Source: Candidatus Latescibacterota bacterium (GTDB taxonomy: Bacteria > Latescibacterota > CBDEFO01). Taken from it: a stretch of DNA of 64,000 nucleotides. Location: contig CBDEFO010000007.1 of the NCBI GenBank assembly GCA_965237525.1, positions 52,796 to 116,795 on the forward strand. The letters run 5' to 3'. Made by a program: the position numbers and the translations under genes. Numbering within the stretch: the first letter of the stretch is position 1; every line of letters begins with the position of its first letter. Below the pieces are notes generated by a model. That model saw nothing but the letters and a program-made list of their open reading frames with translations, was not told where the DNA came from and did no database searches. This document shows, in pieces, positions 12,597-23,600 of this stretch.

Positions 12597-13900
12597 GGTT
12601 GAATATCAAATGAAATCGGTGCACCTAATTTGATCTTTGTTTAGAGTATTAGTAGATTAAGTTGAGTTGATTGTCTTAACTTTAATCTACGGAGTCCTAT
12701 GGACAAAGAGAGATTGGCCGTATTAAGACAAGAAGTCAACGAGATGTATTTTAAGAAAGAAATGTCAAAGCGAGAAGTTATCAAACAAGCGAGAGTTTCC
12801 AATGATTTCGTTACGGCTTGGACTAAATCTCTGGATCAGGATTTTGCCATGGATAATCGGGGTTGGCCAAAAGGAAAAAGGCGAAAATTGGCTAAAGTTG
12901 ACGAACAGAGAATCAAAGAGATTTACCATAGCTTAGAGGACGATCCTTATCAGTTCTATTCAGGAGCCACTGTTATTGAACAAGAATGGAGGAATCGATA
13001 TTCTAGCACCCCTCCTCCGTCGTTGCCGACTATCGGCAGAATGCTTTCAGATTTAGGACTTTCCCAGAGAAGGAAGAAAGGTAAAAACAAGGGTGCATCT
13101 CGTTATCTTTGTTATCCAGAGTATACCATTTACTATCTTTTAGGAGGCAGAGTCCTAGAATCAGACTTTATTGGTAAAAAGTATCTTACCGGCAGAACTG
13201 AGCCGGTCAACTTCGTTGGATTTTCCTTTTTAAGAAAGAGCCTAAGTTAAGGTATTTTCGGCGGGTTGACGGTCAAACAGCAACTAACTTTATCGAGAAG
13301 TGTCAGTCTTTCTTTGACAGGTTTGAAAAACCAGATTTCGTTAAGGTGGACAATTGCTCGGCGACTATTGGCAGTGTTTCAGGTAAAAGGAATGTCAGCA
13401 AAGCAATGCAGTTTCTCTTGAAAAATCAAGTGATTCCGATATTTGCCGTTCCCAGAAGGCCCTTTTCTCAAGCATCTATAGAAGGCAACAATTCTGTATT
13501 TTCAAGGAAGTTCTGGAACAGAATTCAGTTCAAAAGCTTACAAGAAGTTGATCAGAAGTTAGAATGGTTTAATCTTTCATCACAGAGATACACCGGCTAC
13601 CGTCCACCTAAGCAAGAGAAGTCAAACGAGAAAGATTTCATTCCCAAGACCTATTTTATCAGACAAGTCAAACAGGACACAGAACAGACAGATAAAGCCT
13701 TTATCGATGTCCTAAATGAGAAAGTATCTCTTCCCTCCTCTTACACCAACTACTTTGTCCTGGCTGAATGGAACCTAAAAGAAGAACAATTATACATCCA
13801 TTTTGAAAAAGAACAGAAACCAAAGATTGTCGAAAACCTATCATTCAAGATCAATCAAAGATCGAAAGAGAAGTGCACCGATTTCATTTGATAAATAACC
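12597..13900 (+). mobile_element. IS481-like/unclassified DDE insertion sequence
   Basis: 28-bp imperfect IRs GGTTGAATATCAAATGAAATCGGTGCAC (12597-12624) / GTGCACCGATTTCATTTGATAAATAACC (13873-13900); AGTAG repeated on both flanks. Confidence 0.8.
12699..13891 (+). pseudogene. Integrase-core (DDE) transposase, frameshifted
   Basis: N-terminal HTH, PSLPTIGRML, D(ESD)...D(VDN)...E(IEG); frame break at a T-run near 13230. Confidence 0.75.
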
Positions 13901-13974
13901 AGTAGTCAGTAAACAGGGAAAGGCAAAGACAGTAGGGGTGAGGTTACCTCGCCCAGTAGACAAGAGCACCTCAT

Positions 13975-14364
13975 ATGGACGCCGCGGACAAAATATTAAA
14001 CGATGCCTGGCAAGAGGCCAGAAAAGGAATTTGAGGAAAGCAAGAGAGCCGATAATTATATTCTGATGCGAGATGCCTGTGAGAAGGCGTGGGGGGCGAT
14101 TGTTCAAGCGAGTAAACACCCTCTTTCAAAAGATGGACGTTACGCCCCTTCCCAAGAGCCACAGGGATAGAAGAATAAGGATACGGGAGTTAGAAAAGGA
14201 AAAACGAACTTATCAAGGAAAAGGCGCTCTTTGACAGATTTATGGCAAGAGACTACTTCTTGTATCAGAAAGCCTTCTAGGATGAGGATCTTGTCCCTTA
14301 GGAGATCGAAAACGAGTTTTCAAGGGTCGAGGGGTTTATAAGGGATGTTGAGGAGATGGAATAA
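13975..14364 (+). pseudogene. PaREP1/HEPN-like protein remnant
   Basis: Across shifted frames reads 'RDACEKAWGAIVQA' and 'PKSHRDRR'; several stops and frameshifts. Confidence 0.55.
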
Positions 14365-14441
14365 CGCCTTTTTAAACCCTTGAACGAATATGAGTATCGG
14401 GTTGAAATAGTAGATGGCATACAGGGATGGGAGGCGGTGCC

Positions 14442-14469
14442 CTGTCTACTGTCTACTGTCTACTGTCTA
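14442..14469. repeat. (CTGTCTA)4 heptamer tandem repeat
   Basis: Four exact copies just before the lolC/E start; reverse complement of the AGTAGAC units after groEL and lysS. Confidence 0.9.
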
Positions 14470-14478
14470 CTTACTTAG

Positions 14479-15720
14479 ATGTCCTATGAATTCTTCATAG
14501 CCAAAAGATACCTCAAGTCCAAACGCAAGACGGGTTTTATATCGGCTGTAGCATACATATCTGTGGGTGGCGTGGCAGTGGGCGTGGCCGCTCTGATCAT
14601 AACCTTATCCATAATGAACGGATTTTCTTCGGAGATCAGAAATAGGTTTATAGGCTGGGACGCCCATTTGAGGGTTGTAGCATACTATGCGGGGGCGATC
14701 GAAGATTATGAAGGGATAGAAAAGGAGATCGAAAAGACAGATGATGTTATGGGAGTCTCCCCGTACGTCTATGGGAAGGCAGTAATCCTAAGAAAGGGGA
14801 AACCCCATATCTCCGACGGAGTACACGTAAAGGGTGTGGCCGAAGAAGGCATAAAAAGGACATCGAATATAGAGCAAAATATAATTGATGGAGATCTTGA
14901 TCTCGGCAAGTTAGACAAGTCCAATATATATGGCATCACAATAGGATATGCGCTTGCAAATAGGCTAAAGGTGGTAATTGAGGATACTGTCTTCATCTTC
15001 AACCCTCAGGGTCTGGGAGCGGGTGCTTCGTTTGGAACACCTAAGTATTATGCATTTAGAATAAGCGGGCTCTTTGAAACCGGAATTTACGATTTAGACT
15101 CATCCTGGGTTATCATTTCCATAGAATCGGCTCAACGGATATTTGAACTTAAAGATGGCGTAACGGGTGTTGAGGTCAAGCTGGATGATATGGACCTGAC
15201 CGACGATGTGGCGAACAAGATAAGAGAAAAGCTGAGCTATCCCTACAACGTCATAACCTGGAATCAACTCAACAGGACACTATACAATTGGATGGAGATA
15301 GAAAAGAGGGCGTCATTTGTAGTCTTGAGCCTTATAATCGTAGTGGCGGCCTTCAGTATAACGAGCACTCTGGTTATGATTGTCCTTGAAAAGACGAAGG
15401 AGATTGGAATTTTGAAATCTATGGGAGCTACGTCCCGAAGCATAAAGAAGATATTTGTGTTTAACGGATTGTCCGTCGGAACACTGGGAATTTTTATAGG
15501 CAATATAATAGGATATACCCTCTGTTGGGCTCAGGAAAAGTTTAAGATTGTGTCGCTCCCTGCCGATATTTATATTATAAGCGCTGTTCCGGTCGATGTG
15601 CGATTGATGGATTTCGTCTTAATATCCACAGCGGCTTTGTTCATCTGCCTTATGGCCTCTGTCTACCCGGCGTTTAAGGCATCGTCTCTGGACCCTGTAG
15701 AGGCTATAAGATACGAGTGA
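14479..15720 (+). CDS. lolC: Lipoprotein-releasing ABC transporter permease LolC/E
   Basis: FIAKRYL, SIMNGF, EKTKEIGILKSMGA, YPAFKAS.LDPVEAIRYE. Confidence 0.9.
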   Translation: MSYEFFIAKRYLKSKRKTGFISAVAYISVGGVAVGVAALIITLSIMNGFSSEIRNRFIGWDAHLRVVAYYAGAIEDYEGIEKEIEKTDDVMGVSPYVYGKAVILRKGKPHISDGVHVKGVAEEGIKRTSNIEQNIIDGDLDLGKLDKSNIYGITIGYALANRLKVVIEDTVFIFNPQGLGAGASFGTPKYYAFRISGLFETGIYDLDSSWVIISIESAQRIFELKDGVTGVEVKLDDMDLTDDVANKIREKLSYPYNVITWNQLNRTLYNWMEIEKRASFVVLSLIIVVAAFSITSTLVMIVLEKTKEIGILKSMGATSRSIKKIFVFNGLSVGTLGIFIGNIIGYTLCWAQEKFKIVSLPADIYIISAVPVDVRLMDFVLISTAALFICLMASVYPAFKASSLDPVEAIRYE

Positions 15721-15751
15721 TAAATAAAGATCGTTAGCCAGAGCGCGCTAA

Positions 15752-16456
15752 ATGGGGGACATAATACTAAAAGCTTTCGACCTTAAAAAGACCTATTGGA
15801 CAGGTAACAGCACTTTAGAGGTCCTCAAGGGGATAAGCATAGAGATTAGAAAAGGAGAAGTCCTAGCGGTAACGGGACCTTCAGGCGTCGGTAAGAGTAC
15901 TTTGCTCCATATATTGGGAGCTTTGGACAGACCTACAAGTGGAAGCGTCGAGATAGATGCCCAAGATGTATTCTCGCTTTCGGACGATCAGCTTGCAGAC
16001 TTTAGAAACAAGAGTTCGGGATTTGTCTTTCAGTTTCATCATCTCTTGCCAGAGTTTACAGCACTGGAAAACGTGATGATGCCGCTTTTAATCTGTGGTG
16101 CAAGCTTCGATAGCGCCCAGAAGACCGCAGGAGAACTTTTGAAAAGAGTAGGACTTGAAAACAGGCTAACGCACAAACCGTCTGAACTTTCGGGCGGAGA
16201 GCTTCAGAGGACGGCAGTAGCCCGAGCTCTTGTGAATAGACCCTTGGTGGTATTTGCCGATGAGCCTTCGGGAAATCTGGATCAGGAAAACAGCCAGGCG
16301 CTTCACGATCTGATGTGGGAACTATCAAAATCGCTTAATCAATCTTTTGTGATCGTAACTCACGATCTGGAATTAGCCGATAGGGCCGATAGGAAGATAA
16401 GCTTGGCAGATGGAAGAATCACTTGTGAAACTCATGGGATATTAGATGAAATGTGA
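15752..16456 (+). CDS. lolD: Lipoprotein-releasing ABC transporter ATPase
   Basis: GPSGVGKST, GFVFQFHHLLPEFTA, LSGGE, ADEPSGNLD. Confidence 0.92.
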   Translation: MGDIILKAFDLKKTYWTGNSTLEVLKGISIEIRKGEVLAVTGPSGVGKSTLLHILGALDRPTSGSVEIDAQDVFSLSDDQLADFRNKSSGFVFQFHHLLPEFTALENVMMPLLICGASFDSAQKTAGELLKRVGLENRLTHKPSELSGGELQRTAVARALVNRPLVVFADEPSGNLDQENSQALHDLMWELSKSLNQSFVIVTHDLELADRADRKISLADGRITCETHGILDEM

Positions 16457-16985
16457 AAGCTGCGGTCAGAACGAAGCTACAGTTCTATACCAAGAGGTGA
16501 GCATGGAGGAGCTGCGGCAGAAAGCTCTCTCCCATATCTGCTCTGAGTGTGCACAGAAATATGGGTTGTCCGTTCTAAAAAAGGAATCCAGCAAGCTCTC
16601 GGCAGAAGAGATCCTTTCAGGACTTATTCAAAGGCAAAAAGAGGATAAGGACAAAGACCTTAAGTGTCCTGAGTGCGATTTTACATACGGAGAGTTCAAA
16701 AAGTCTGGGCGCGTCGGATGTGGGAACTGTTACTCTGCCTTTTCATCCCAGTTGGAAAAGTTGATAGATAACATCCAAAGGGCAGTAAAGCACAAAGGAA
16801 AGATCCCTCAAAAGCCGAAAGAGAGCAGTGGACTCTCCTCCAGATCAGATGAACTTTTATACTCACAGATAGAACAGCACATCTTAAGACTGCAGGACCA
16901 GCTCAAAGAAGCTGTCGAAACACAAGAGTTCGAAAAAGCCGCCCTCTTAAGGGATACGATAGCTGAATTGAAAAAAGAAAAATGA
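16446..16985 (+). CDS. mcsA: McsA (arginine kinase activator, UVR domain)
   Basis: Four CxxC motifs, HKGKIP, C-terminal UVR 'AVETQEFEKAALLRD'. Confidence 0.9.
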   Translation: MKCESCGQNEATVLYQEVSMEELRQKALSHICSECAQKYGLSVLKKESSKLSAEEILSGLIQRQKEDKDKDLKCPECDFTYGEFKKSGRVGCGNCYSAFSSQLEKLIDNIQRAVKHKGKIPQKPKESSGLSSRSDELLYSQIEQHILRLQDQLKEAVETQEFEKAALLRDTIAELKKEK

Positions 16986-18061
16986 CACTCCAAGATCTAG
17001 TGAAAAATATGGCTCGCTGGCTCGACTGTTCGGGAGAGAAATCCGATATAGTCGTCTCCAGCAGAGTGAGGCTTGCCCGCAATATCAGATCAATTCCTTT
17101 TGCCCATCGCGCTACAGATTCCCAACAGCGCTTGGTAATAGACAAAGTACTTGACGCCAACGCTAAGACAGACTGTCTTGCCGATGCCTCGTTCTACAAC
17201 ACGGGTGAACTTTCGGACCTGGACAGGCAGATTCTGGTCGAGCGGCACCTCATAAGTCCCGCCTTGGCTGAGCAGAGGGGACAGTGGGGTGTTCTGGTCG
17301 GGGTGGATGAGTCCCTAAGCGTTATGATAAACGAGGAGGACCACCTCAGAATCCAGGTTATCGTATCGGGATTCCAACCCCAGAGGGCATGGGAACTTTG
17401 TGACAGGGCCGACGCGGAACTCTCCCAATCTCTGGACTATTCGTTCTCAAGAAAATTGGGGTACCACACAGCATGCCCGACGAACCTGGGAACGGGACTC
17501 AGGGCATCCATGCTCATACACCTCCCCGGACTCGTCCTGACGCAGGATATGGATAAAGTTGTAAGAGGAATCACACAGTTGGGATTTACGGCCAGGGGCT
17601 TCTACGGGGAAGGTACAGAGGTTATGGGAAATCTGGTCCAGATGTCAAATCAAGTTACATTAGGGATCTCAGAAAAGGAGATATTAGATGATCTGGAGAC
17701 AGTCTGCAGTCAGGTCGTTGAGTACGAGCATCTCTCAAGAGAGGCATTGCTTAAAGAAGCCAAACATCAAATAGAGGACAAAATCTGGAGGGCTTATACT
17801 ATACTGCAAAACGCCAGGGTGCTGACAACGCAAGAGTTTATGAACATGGCATCGGCCGTGAGGTTGGGATGCAGCATGGGCATCCTATCCAAGCGTAACA
17901 GTAGATTCATTGTTCGGCTATTAAACGAGCTGATGGTGACAACACAGCCCTCACATCTTCATAAGGCAACAGGAAAGTGTATGGAGCCTTCAGAAAGGGA
18001 TATTTTAAGAGCCAAAATAGTCCGCGAAAGACTGGTAAGGGGACGCAATAAATCCTCATGA
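16982..18061 (+). CDS. mcsB: Protein arginine kinase McsB
   Basis: SSRVRLARN, NEEDHLR, CPTNLGTGLRAS. Confidence 0.93.
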   Translation: MTLQDLVKNMARWLDCSGEKSDIVVSSRVRLARNIRSIPFAHRATDSQQRLVIDKVLDANAKTDCLADASFYNTGELSDLDRQILVERHLISPALAEQRGQWGVLVGVDESLSVMINEEDHLRIQVIVSGFQPQRAWELCDRADAELSQSLDYSFSRKLGYHTACPTNLGTGLRASMLIHLPGLVLTQDMDKVVRGITQLGFTARGFYGEGTEVMGNLVQMSNQVTLGISEKEILDDLETVCSQVVEYEHLSREALLKEAKHQIEDKIWRAYTILQNARVLTTQEFMNMASAVRLGCSMGILSKRNSRFIVRLLNELMVTTQPSHLHKATGKCMEPSERDILRAKIVRERLVRGRNKSS

Positions 18062-18118
18062 TTAAAAAAGAAATACAATAAAATCGCAATCGATGTAATT
18101 TCTTCCGGGAGCGTCCAG

Positions 18119-20596
18119 ATGAATTACAGGGAAATCTTTTCAGATAGAGCAATAAAGGTAATGCAATACGCGCGGTCGGAGTCCGCTCGATTAGGGCATC
18201 ACTACGTCGGCACAGAACATATCCTTTTGGGCATGATCAAGGAGGGCAAAGGTAAGGGGGTTACTGCCCTTATCAATTTAGGGGTCGATCTGGAAAAGGC
18301 AAAGCAGGCCATAGAGGAATATGCACCTCCGTCTGGGGGACAGGCCGTAGTGGGTCAAGAGATACCGTTCACGCCGCGCGCCATAGCCAGTTACGAGGCG
18401 GCCTCCAATGAAGCCAAGGAGATGAAGGTCTCAAAAGCGGGTACGGAACATCTGCTCTTAGGACTCATAGGCGACAAAAGTAGTATAGGGTCTCAGATCC
18501 TCCAGAGCCACGGTGTGGACTACAAAACGGCTAAAGAGGAAGTCATCGCTGTAGTCTCCGGAAAATCCTCCGGCAGGAAAGAGAGGAAAAAGAGCAAGAC
18601 TCCGTTTCTGGACCACTTCGGCAGGGACCTGACTCAGCTTGCCAAAGAGGGAAAACTAGATCCCATAATCGGGAGAGAAAATGAGATCCAACGTCTGTCC
18701 CAGGTCCTAAGCAGAAGGAAGAAGAATAACCCCGCTCTGATAGGAGAGCCTGGAGTCGGCAAGACTGCTATCGTTGAGGGTCTGGCACAGAAGATAGTGT
18801 CCAAAATGGTTCCCCAGATCCTTGTAGATAAAAGGGTCGTAACCATGGATATGGGAAGTCTGGTTGCCGGAACCAAATACAGAGGGATGTTCGAGGAACG
18901 AATGAAGGCGATCATGAACGAGATCCAGCAGAGCGACGAAGTGATTATCTTCATAGATGAGCTCCATACCATAGTCGGAGCAGGCAGCGCTGAGGGCACA
19001 CTGGATGCCTCGAATATGTTCAAGCCTGCACTTTCCAGGGGCGAAATACAGTGCATAGGTGCTACGACGCTCGACGAATATAGAAAATATATAGAGAAGG
19101 ATGGAGCCTTAGAACGACGTTTCCAGACGATTATGGTCGATCCGCCCTCTGTGGAGGACACAGTCGAGATCATTAAAGGATTAAAGGAGTCCTACGAGTC
19201 TCATCACAAGGTCAAGTACAGCGACAAGGCAGTAAGCGCAGCGGCAGTTCTATCCGACAGATACATAAGCGGCCGCTACCTTCCCGATAAAGCGATAGAT
19301 GTCATAGACGAAGCCGGATCCCGAGCCCATTTAGCCAAAATGAATCCTCCTCAACATATAAGAGACCTGGAACTGAAGATCGAAGAGATAAGAAAAAAGA
19401 AGGACGACGTGGTGCAAGCACAGGACTATGAGCAGGCGGCAAACCTGAGAGACGAACAGATGACTCTGGAGGATAGACTCGAAAGAGAAAGGGAAGAATG
19501 GGAGGAAAGAATAAAAGATGAGATAACAACGGTCACAGAGGACGATATGGCCGATGTCATCTCACACATGACAGGGATACCGATCTTCCGTCTGGCCAAA
19601 TCTGAATCTGCGAAGCTCATAGGAATGGAGGAAGAGCTCAAAAAGGAAGTCGTGGGCCAGGATGAAGCTGTTACCGCTATATCTAAGGCTGTAAGGAGAA
19701 CAAGATCAGGGCTGAAAGACCCGAACAGACCGATAGGTTCATTTGTGTTCCTCGGGCCTACTGGATGCGGCAAGACACATCTTGCCAAAACCCTAGCCAA
19801 GTATCTCTTCGAGGACGAAGATACCCTGATAAGAGTCGATATGTCCGAGTTTATGGAGAAGTTTTCCGTCTCCAGGCTCGTCGGCGCCCCTCCCGGATAC
19901 GTGGGCTACGATGAGGGTGGACAGCTTACCGAAAAGGTGAGGCGCAAGCCCTACTCCGTCGTCCTTTTGGACGAGATAGAAAAGGCCCATCCCGATGTCT
20001 TCAACATCCTACTGCAGGTCCTTGACGAAGGACACCTGACCGACAACTTCGGAAGGAAAGTAGATTTCAAAAACACGATTTTGATCTTAACGTCCAACCT
20101 CGGCACCAGAGGGATAGGCAAAGGGACGACTATTGGATTCCAGAAGGCAGGATCCAAATCAGCCAGAGAGCAGTTGGAAGACACGGTCAAAGAGGAAGTC
20201 AAAAAGACCTTCAACCCTGAGTTTTTGAACCGACTGGATGAGACTATAATCTTTCAGTCGCTCGGAAAGAAAGAGATCCTCCAGATCATTGACATTATGA
20301 TGAAAGAGATCATCGAGAGGACATCGGAGAAAGAGATTTCAGTGGTCCTGACCCAGGGGGCTAAGAAGCTGTTAGCTAAGAAGGGATTTGATCCCACCTT
20401 CGGAGCGCGCCATTTAAAAAGAACGATCCAAAAGATGGTCGAAGATCCCCTGGCAGAGGAAATGCTTCTGGGAAAGTTCAGCCCAGGAAGCAGGGTCAAG
20501 ATCTCCAAGAAAGGGGACGAACTAGTCTTTTCTGAGGTTCAGAAGGATAACCTGGACGAGGAAGTAGAGGACAAAGAAACTGTGGAGAGCAACTGA
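18119..20596 (+). CDS. clpC: ATP-dependent Clp protease ATP-binding subunit ClpC
   Basis: Clp-N repeats, two Walker A motifs (GEPGVGKT, GPTGCGKT), UVR M-domain, IGF loop. Confidence 0.95.
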   Translation: MNYREIFSDRAIKVMQYARSESARLGHHYVGTEHILLGMIKEGKGKGVTALINLGVDLEKAKQAIEEYAPPSGGQAVVGQEIPFTPRAIASYEAASNEAKEMKVSKAGTEHLLLGLIGDKSSIGSQILQSHGVDYKTAKEEVIAVVSGKSSGRKERKKSKTPFLDHFGRDLTQLAKEGKLDPIIGRENEIQRLSQVLSRRKKNNPALIGEPGVGKTAIVEGLAQKIVSKMVPQILVDKRVVTMDMGSLVAGTKYRGMFEERMKAIMNEIQQSDEVIIFIDELHTIVGAGSAEGTLDASNMFKPALSRGEIQCIGATTLDEYRKYIEKDGALERRFQTIMVDPPSVEDTVEIIKGLKESYESHHKVKYSDKAVSAAAVLSDRYISGRYLPDKAIDVIDEAGSRAHLAKMNPPQHIRDLELKIEEIRKKKDDVVQAQDYEQAANLRDEQMTLEDRLEREREEWEERIKDEITTVTEDDMADVISHMTGIPIFRLAKSESAKLIGMEEELKKEVVGQDEAVTAISKAVRRTRSGLKDPNRPIGSFVFLGPTGCGKTHLAKTLAKYLFEDEDTLIRVDMSEFMEKFSVSRLVGAPPGYVGYDEGGQLTEKVRRKPYSVVLLDEIEKAHPDVFNILLQVLDEGHLTDNFGRKVDFKNTILILTSNLGTRGIGKGTTIGFQKAGSKSAREQLEDTVKEEVKKTFNPEFLNRLDETIIFQSLGKKEILQIIDIMMKEIIERTSEKEISVVLTQGAKKLLAKKGFDPTFGARHLKRTIQKMVEDPLAEEMLLGKFSPGSRVKISKKGDELVFSEVQKDNLDEEVEDKETVESN

Positions 20597-20618
20597 CGGA
20601 GGCTCTGAAAGGGTTCAG

Positions 20619-23600
20619 ATGAAGATCAAGAAGAAAATCCTGCTTTGGGGGCTCTCCGTTCTGTGCCTCGTTGTGATCTTCTTCGTTTCCTTTTTATACT
20701 ACGGGTGGGGCTTCATTAATCTGGAAGAAAAAGTCAACAGCTTTATAGTGGAAAGAGTCTCCCCTTTGGTGGGCGGAACGCTGTATGTGAAAAGTTACAG
20801 GCTGGGTCTAGGATCTATAGTCCTTTACGATGTAAAGGCCGAATTGTACAACTTCAAATCGAGCCTTCAAATCGAAAAAGTAGTGGTCAAGTACGATCTG
20901 ATCCACGCTATGCTGCACTCCTTCAATTTTGAGGAGGGCTTAAGGGAGATCGTTCTTAACCGCCCACAGTTGACTCTCCAGCTTGCAGCAGATGAATCCC
21001 AGGTGCAAAGTGAAGATTTATCGTCAGTAGGCAGCCCGGATTTAGGCTTGAAGGTCAAGATCGTTCAGGGAAGCTTGGCCCTTGTGGGCCCTTTAAACGC
21101 AGTCCGCTCCTCTCCTCTCAAGGAAATCAAAGGGACAGTAGATATTGATAGTAATGGCAGGGCCACTATAGACCTTGAAGGAATGACCCCGAATGGAGGA
21201 GGTGCAAAATTAGACGGTTGGATCGAGCTTATGGGAAATGGATATGATCTTCAGGCATCGGTCGATTCATCCGATATATCCGGCACGTGGGTTGAGGCTT
21301 TTACAGAGGATATTTACGATCAAGCTGGCCAAATAGGATTTCGGTGCAGGCTTTCCCGGAGTGCTGAGGCAGGGGGAAAGCCGTTTTTGTATGGGGAAGG
21401 CCAGATTAGCAACCTATCAGCCATGGTAAAACCGATACGACAGAGAATAGACTCCTTGAACGTCTCGTGGAAAGTTGAGGGTGATTCGCTCGTGATCAAG
21501 GAGGCTGAAGGTCTCTTGTGGAACACAAGACTTAATGCATCGGGAAACTTGAAGCTTTCGGGTGATCAAGAAACCGATATGGAATTTCGGTTCGCCGATG
21601 TTGATTTAGAAAAAATGGTCGCTCTTCTAGCCCCGCAAGAAGAAAAGATCATCTGCGGAAGAGGTACCAGTCTGATCAGAGTGGACGGGCCACTTAAAGA
21701 CCCCAGAGTGGTGGGAAAGTTCAAAGCCGAAAGCGCCTACTTAAAAAAAGATATCGAGATTTATGACCTGAATATCGATTTCAGAGTAAAGGAGCAGTCA
21801 ATAGTTATAGATGACATAAAGACATCCTTGGGGAAAAGTAGACTTTGGGGTTTTGGCTCTATAGCGTTGAAAGATGATGAGAAAGGACAGATTAGTATTG
21901 CTCTGAAGTCCGATGATTTCAACGCAGAAGACGGAATTAGCTTCTTCGGATGGGAGGATGTCAAGGGAAAAGGGAGTCTGAACTTTGAACTATCCGGCGA
22001 CATCAGTAACCTCAGGTGGTCCCTGCGGTATGTTCCCCAAGTACTGACTATAGGTGGGATAGACCTTCCCGCTCAGACGAACAATGTTGACTACAACGGA
22101 AAAGATATTCACTTTGAATCTTCAGGCAAGGCTTGGAAAATCGTTGGCGTCCTGTCCGACCCGTTTGGACAAACTCCGCGGCTGGACGCAGACCTTGAGA
22201 TAGACGAACTTTTGACCCGTGTCAAGGAGATAGGAGGGGAAAATGTAGAAGGAGAAATAAAGCTGAAGGGAGCACTTTCCTCTATCGAGGCACGTGGACA
22301 ACTCAATCTCTGGACAGGTGACAGGGACGACGGGAGGTTATACGTCCAAGGGAGGTTCTACGACCTTTTTAAAGACACAAGACGGATAGAAGTCAAAGTC
22401 GACGCAGCTGGACTGAGGGTTTACGAGGGGAAGATAGATTTAACTTCCCAGGTATCTGAAGAAATAGATAAGATTCAACTGGACATTGGGACCAAAGATA
22501 AGAAGGTCCATTTTGTGGGATCTGTAGATCGGCGCGAAGGGGAGAGCATAACCGGAGAACTTTCGATAGGAGACTTTCCCACCAGCGATCTTTTGGGCTT
22601 CCTAGGATTTGAAGATACACCTTTAGAGGGCCAGATCGATGGGAGGGCATTAATTTCAGGAAGAATTGATAGCCTTCAGGTTATGGGCGCTTTAGAGATA
22701 TCCGATGCACGCATCAACAACGCCGATTCTATTAAAGCTGTGGTCGACCTGGATTGGGACAATGACGTTTTGAATATTCATAATTATTTCCTCTTCCAGA
22801 ACGAAAAGATGATATTCAGTGGAAGAGGAAACTGGAGGAACGCAGGGAACTTTGACCTGAGGGCCAAGTCAGAAGAGATGGACCTTTCTACTCTGCTGGC
22901 ACTCTTAGGAGCCAGCAAAGTAGAGGCTTCGGGTGCGGTCAAATTGGATGCTAACTTTATAAGTAGAGAGGATACATCAGCCGCAAAGGTGGAGTTTTCT
23001 GGAGAAGGTGGCCACATCTTCGGCGTGCCCTTCGACAGGATGGCTGCTCTTTTGAGAGGAGATCTTGCGAGGCTTGAGATACATGATTTCAAAATAGAAA
23101 AGGACGAAAAATATAGAGTGTCAATCGCAGGCGAACTCCCCTTCATAAGAGCCAAAGAGGACCGAGAGAAGCTGTTGAACGTAAATGTGGAGGCGGCAGG
23201 CGATCTTTTGTCTTTTGCCTTCAGGTCAGCATTTATAGAAGAGGCCTCGGGAAATGCCAGCGCGTCCTTTAGAATCGGAGGCCAATGGAAGGAACCATAT
23301 ATAGAACAGGCGGAAATTAGCTTTTCCGGAGGTCAGTTGAAGCCTTCTACATTTGTAAGACAGGTGGATGACTTGAAGGGACGTCTCGTGCTCGAACCCG
23401 GCTCAAACTTCCTCATTATGCAAGGCATATCAGGCAGAGTCGGTTCCGATATGATATTCGTAAAGAACGTACAAGCTGCTCTTGCCAAAGGGCAAAATAT
23501 CCCTCATTTTGTGATAAAAAGCTTGGGGGATCTCAACCTGGGCGTTCTAATAATAGAGACCTCTAAAGACGGCATAGAGATTAACATCCCGCCTCTGATG

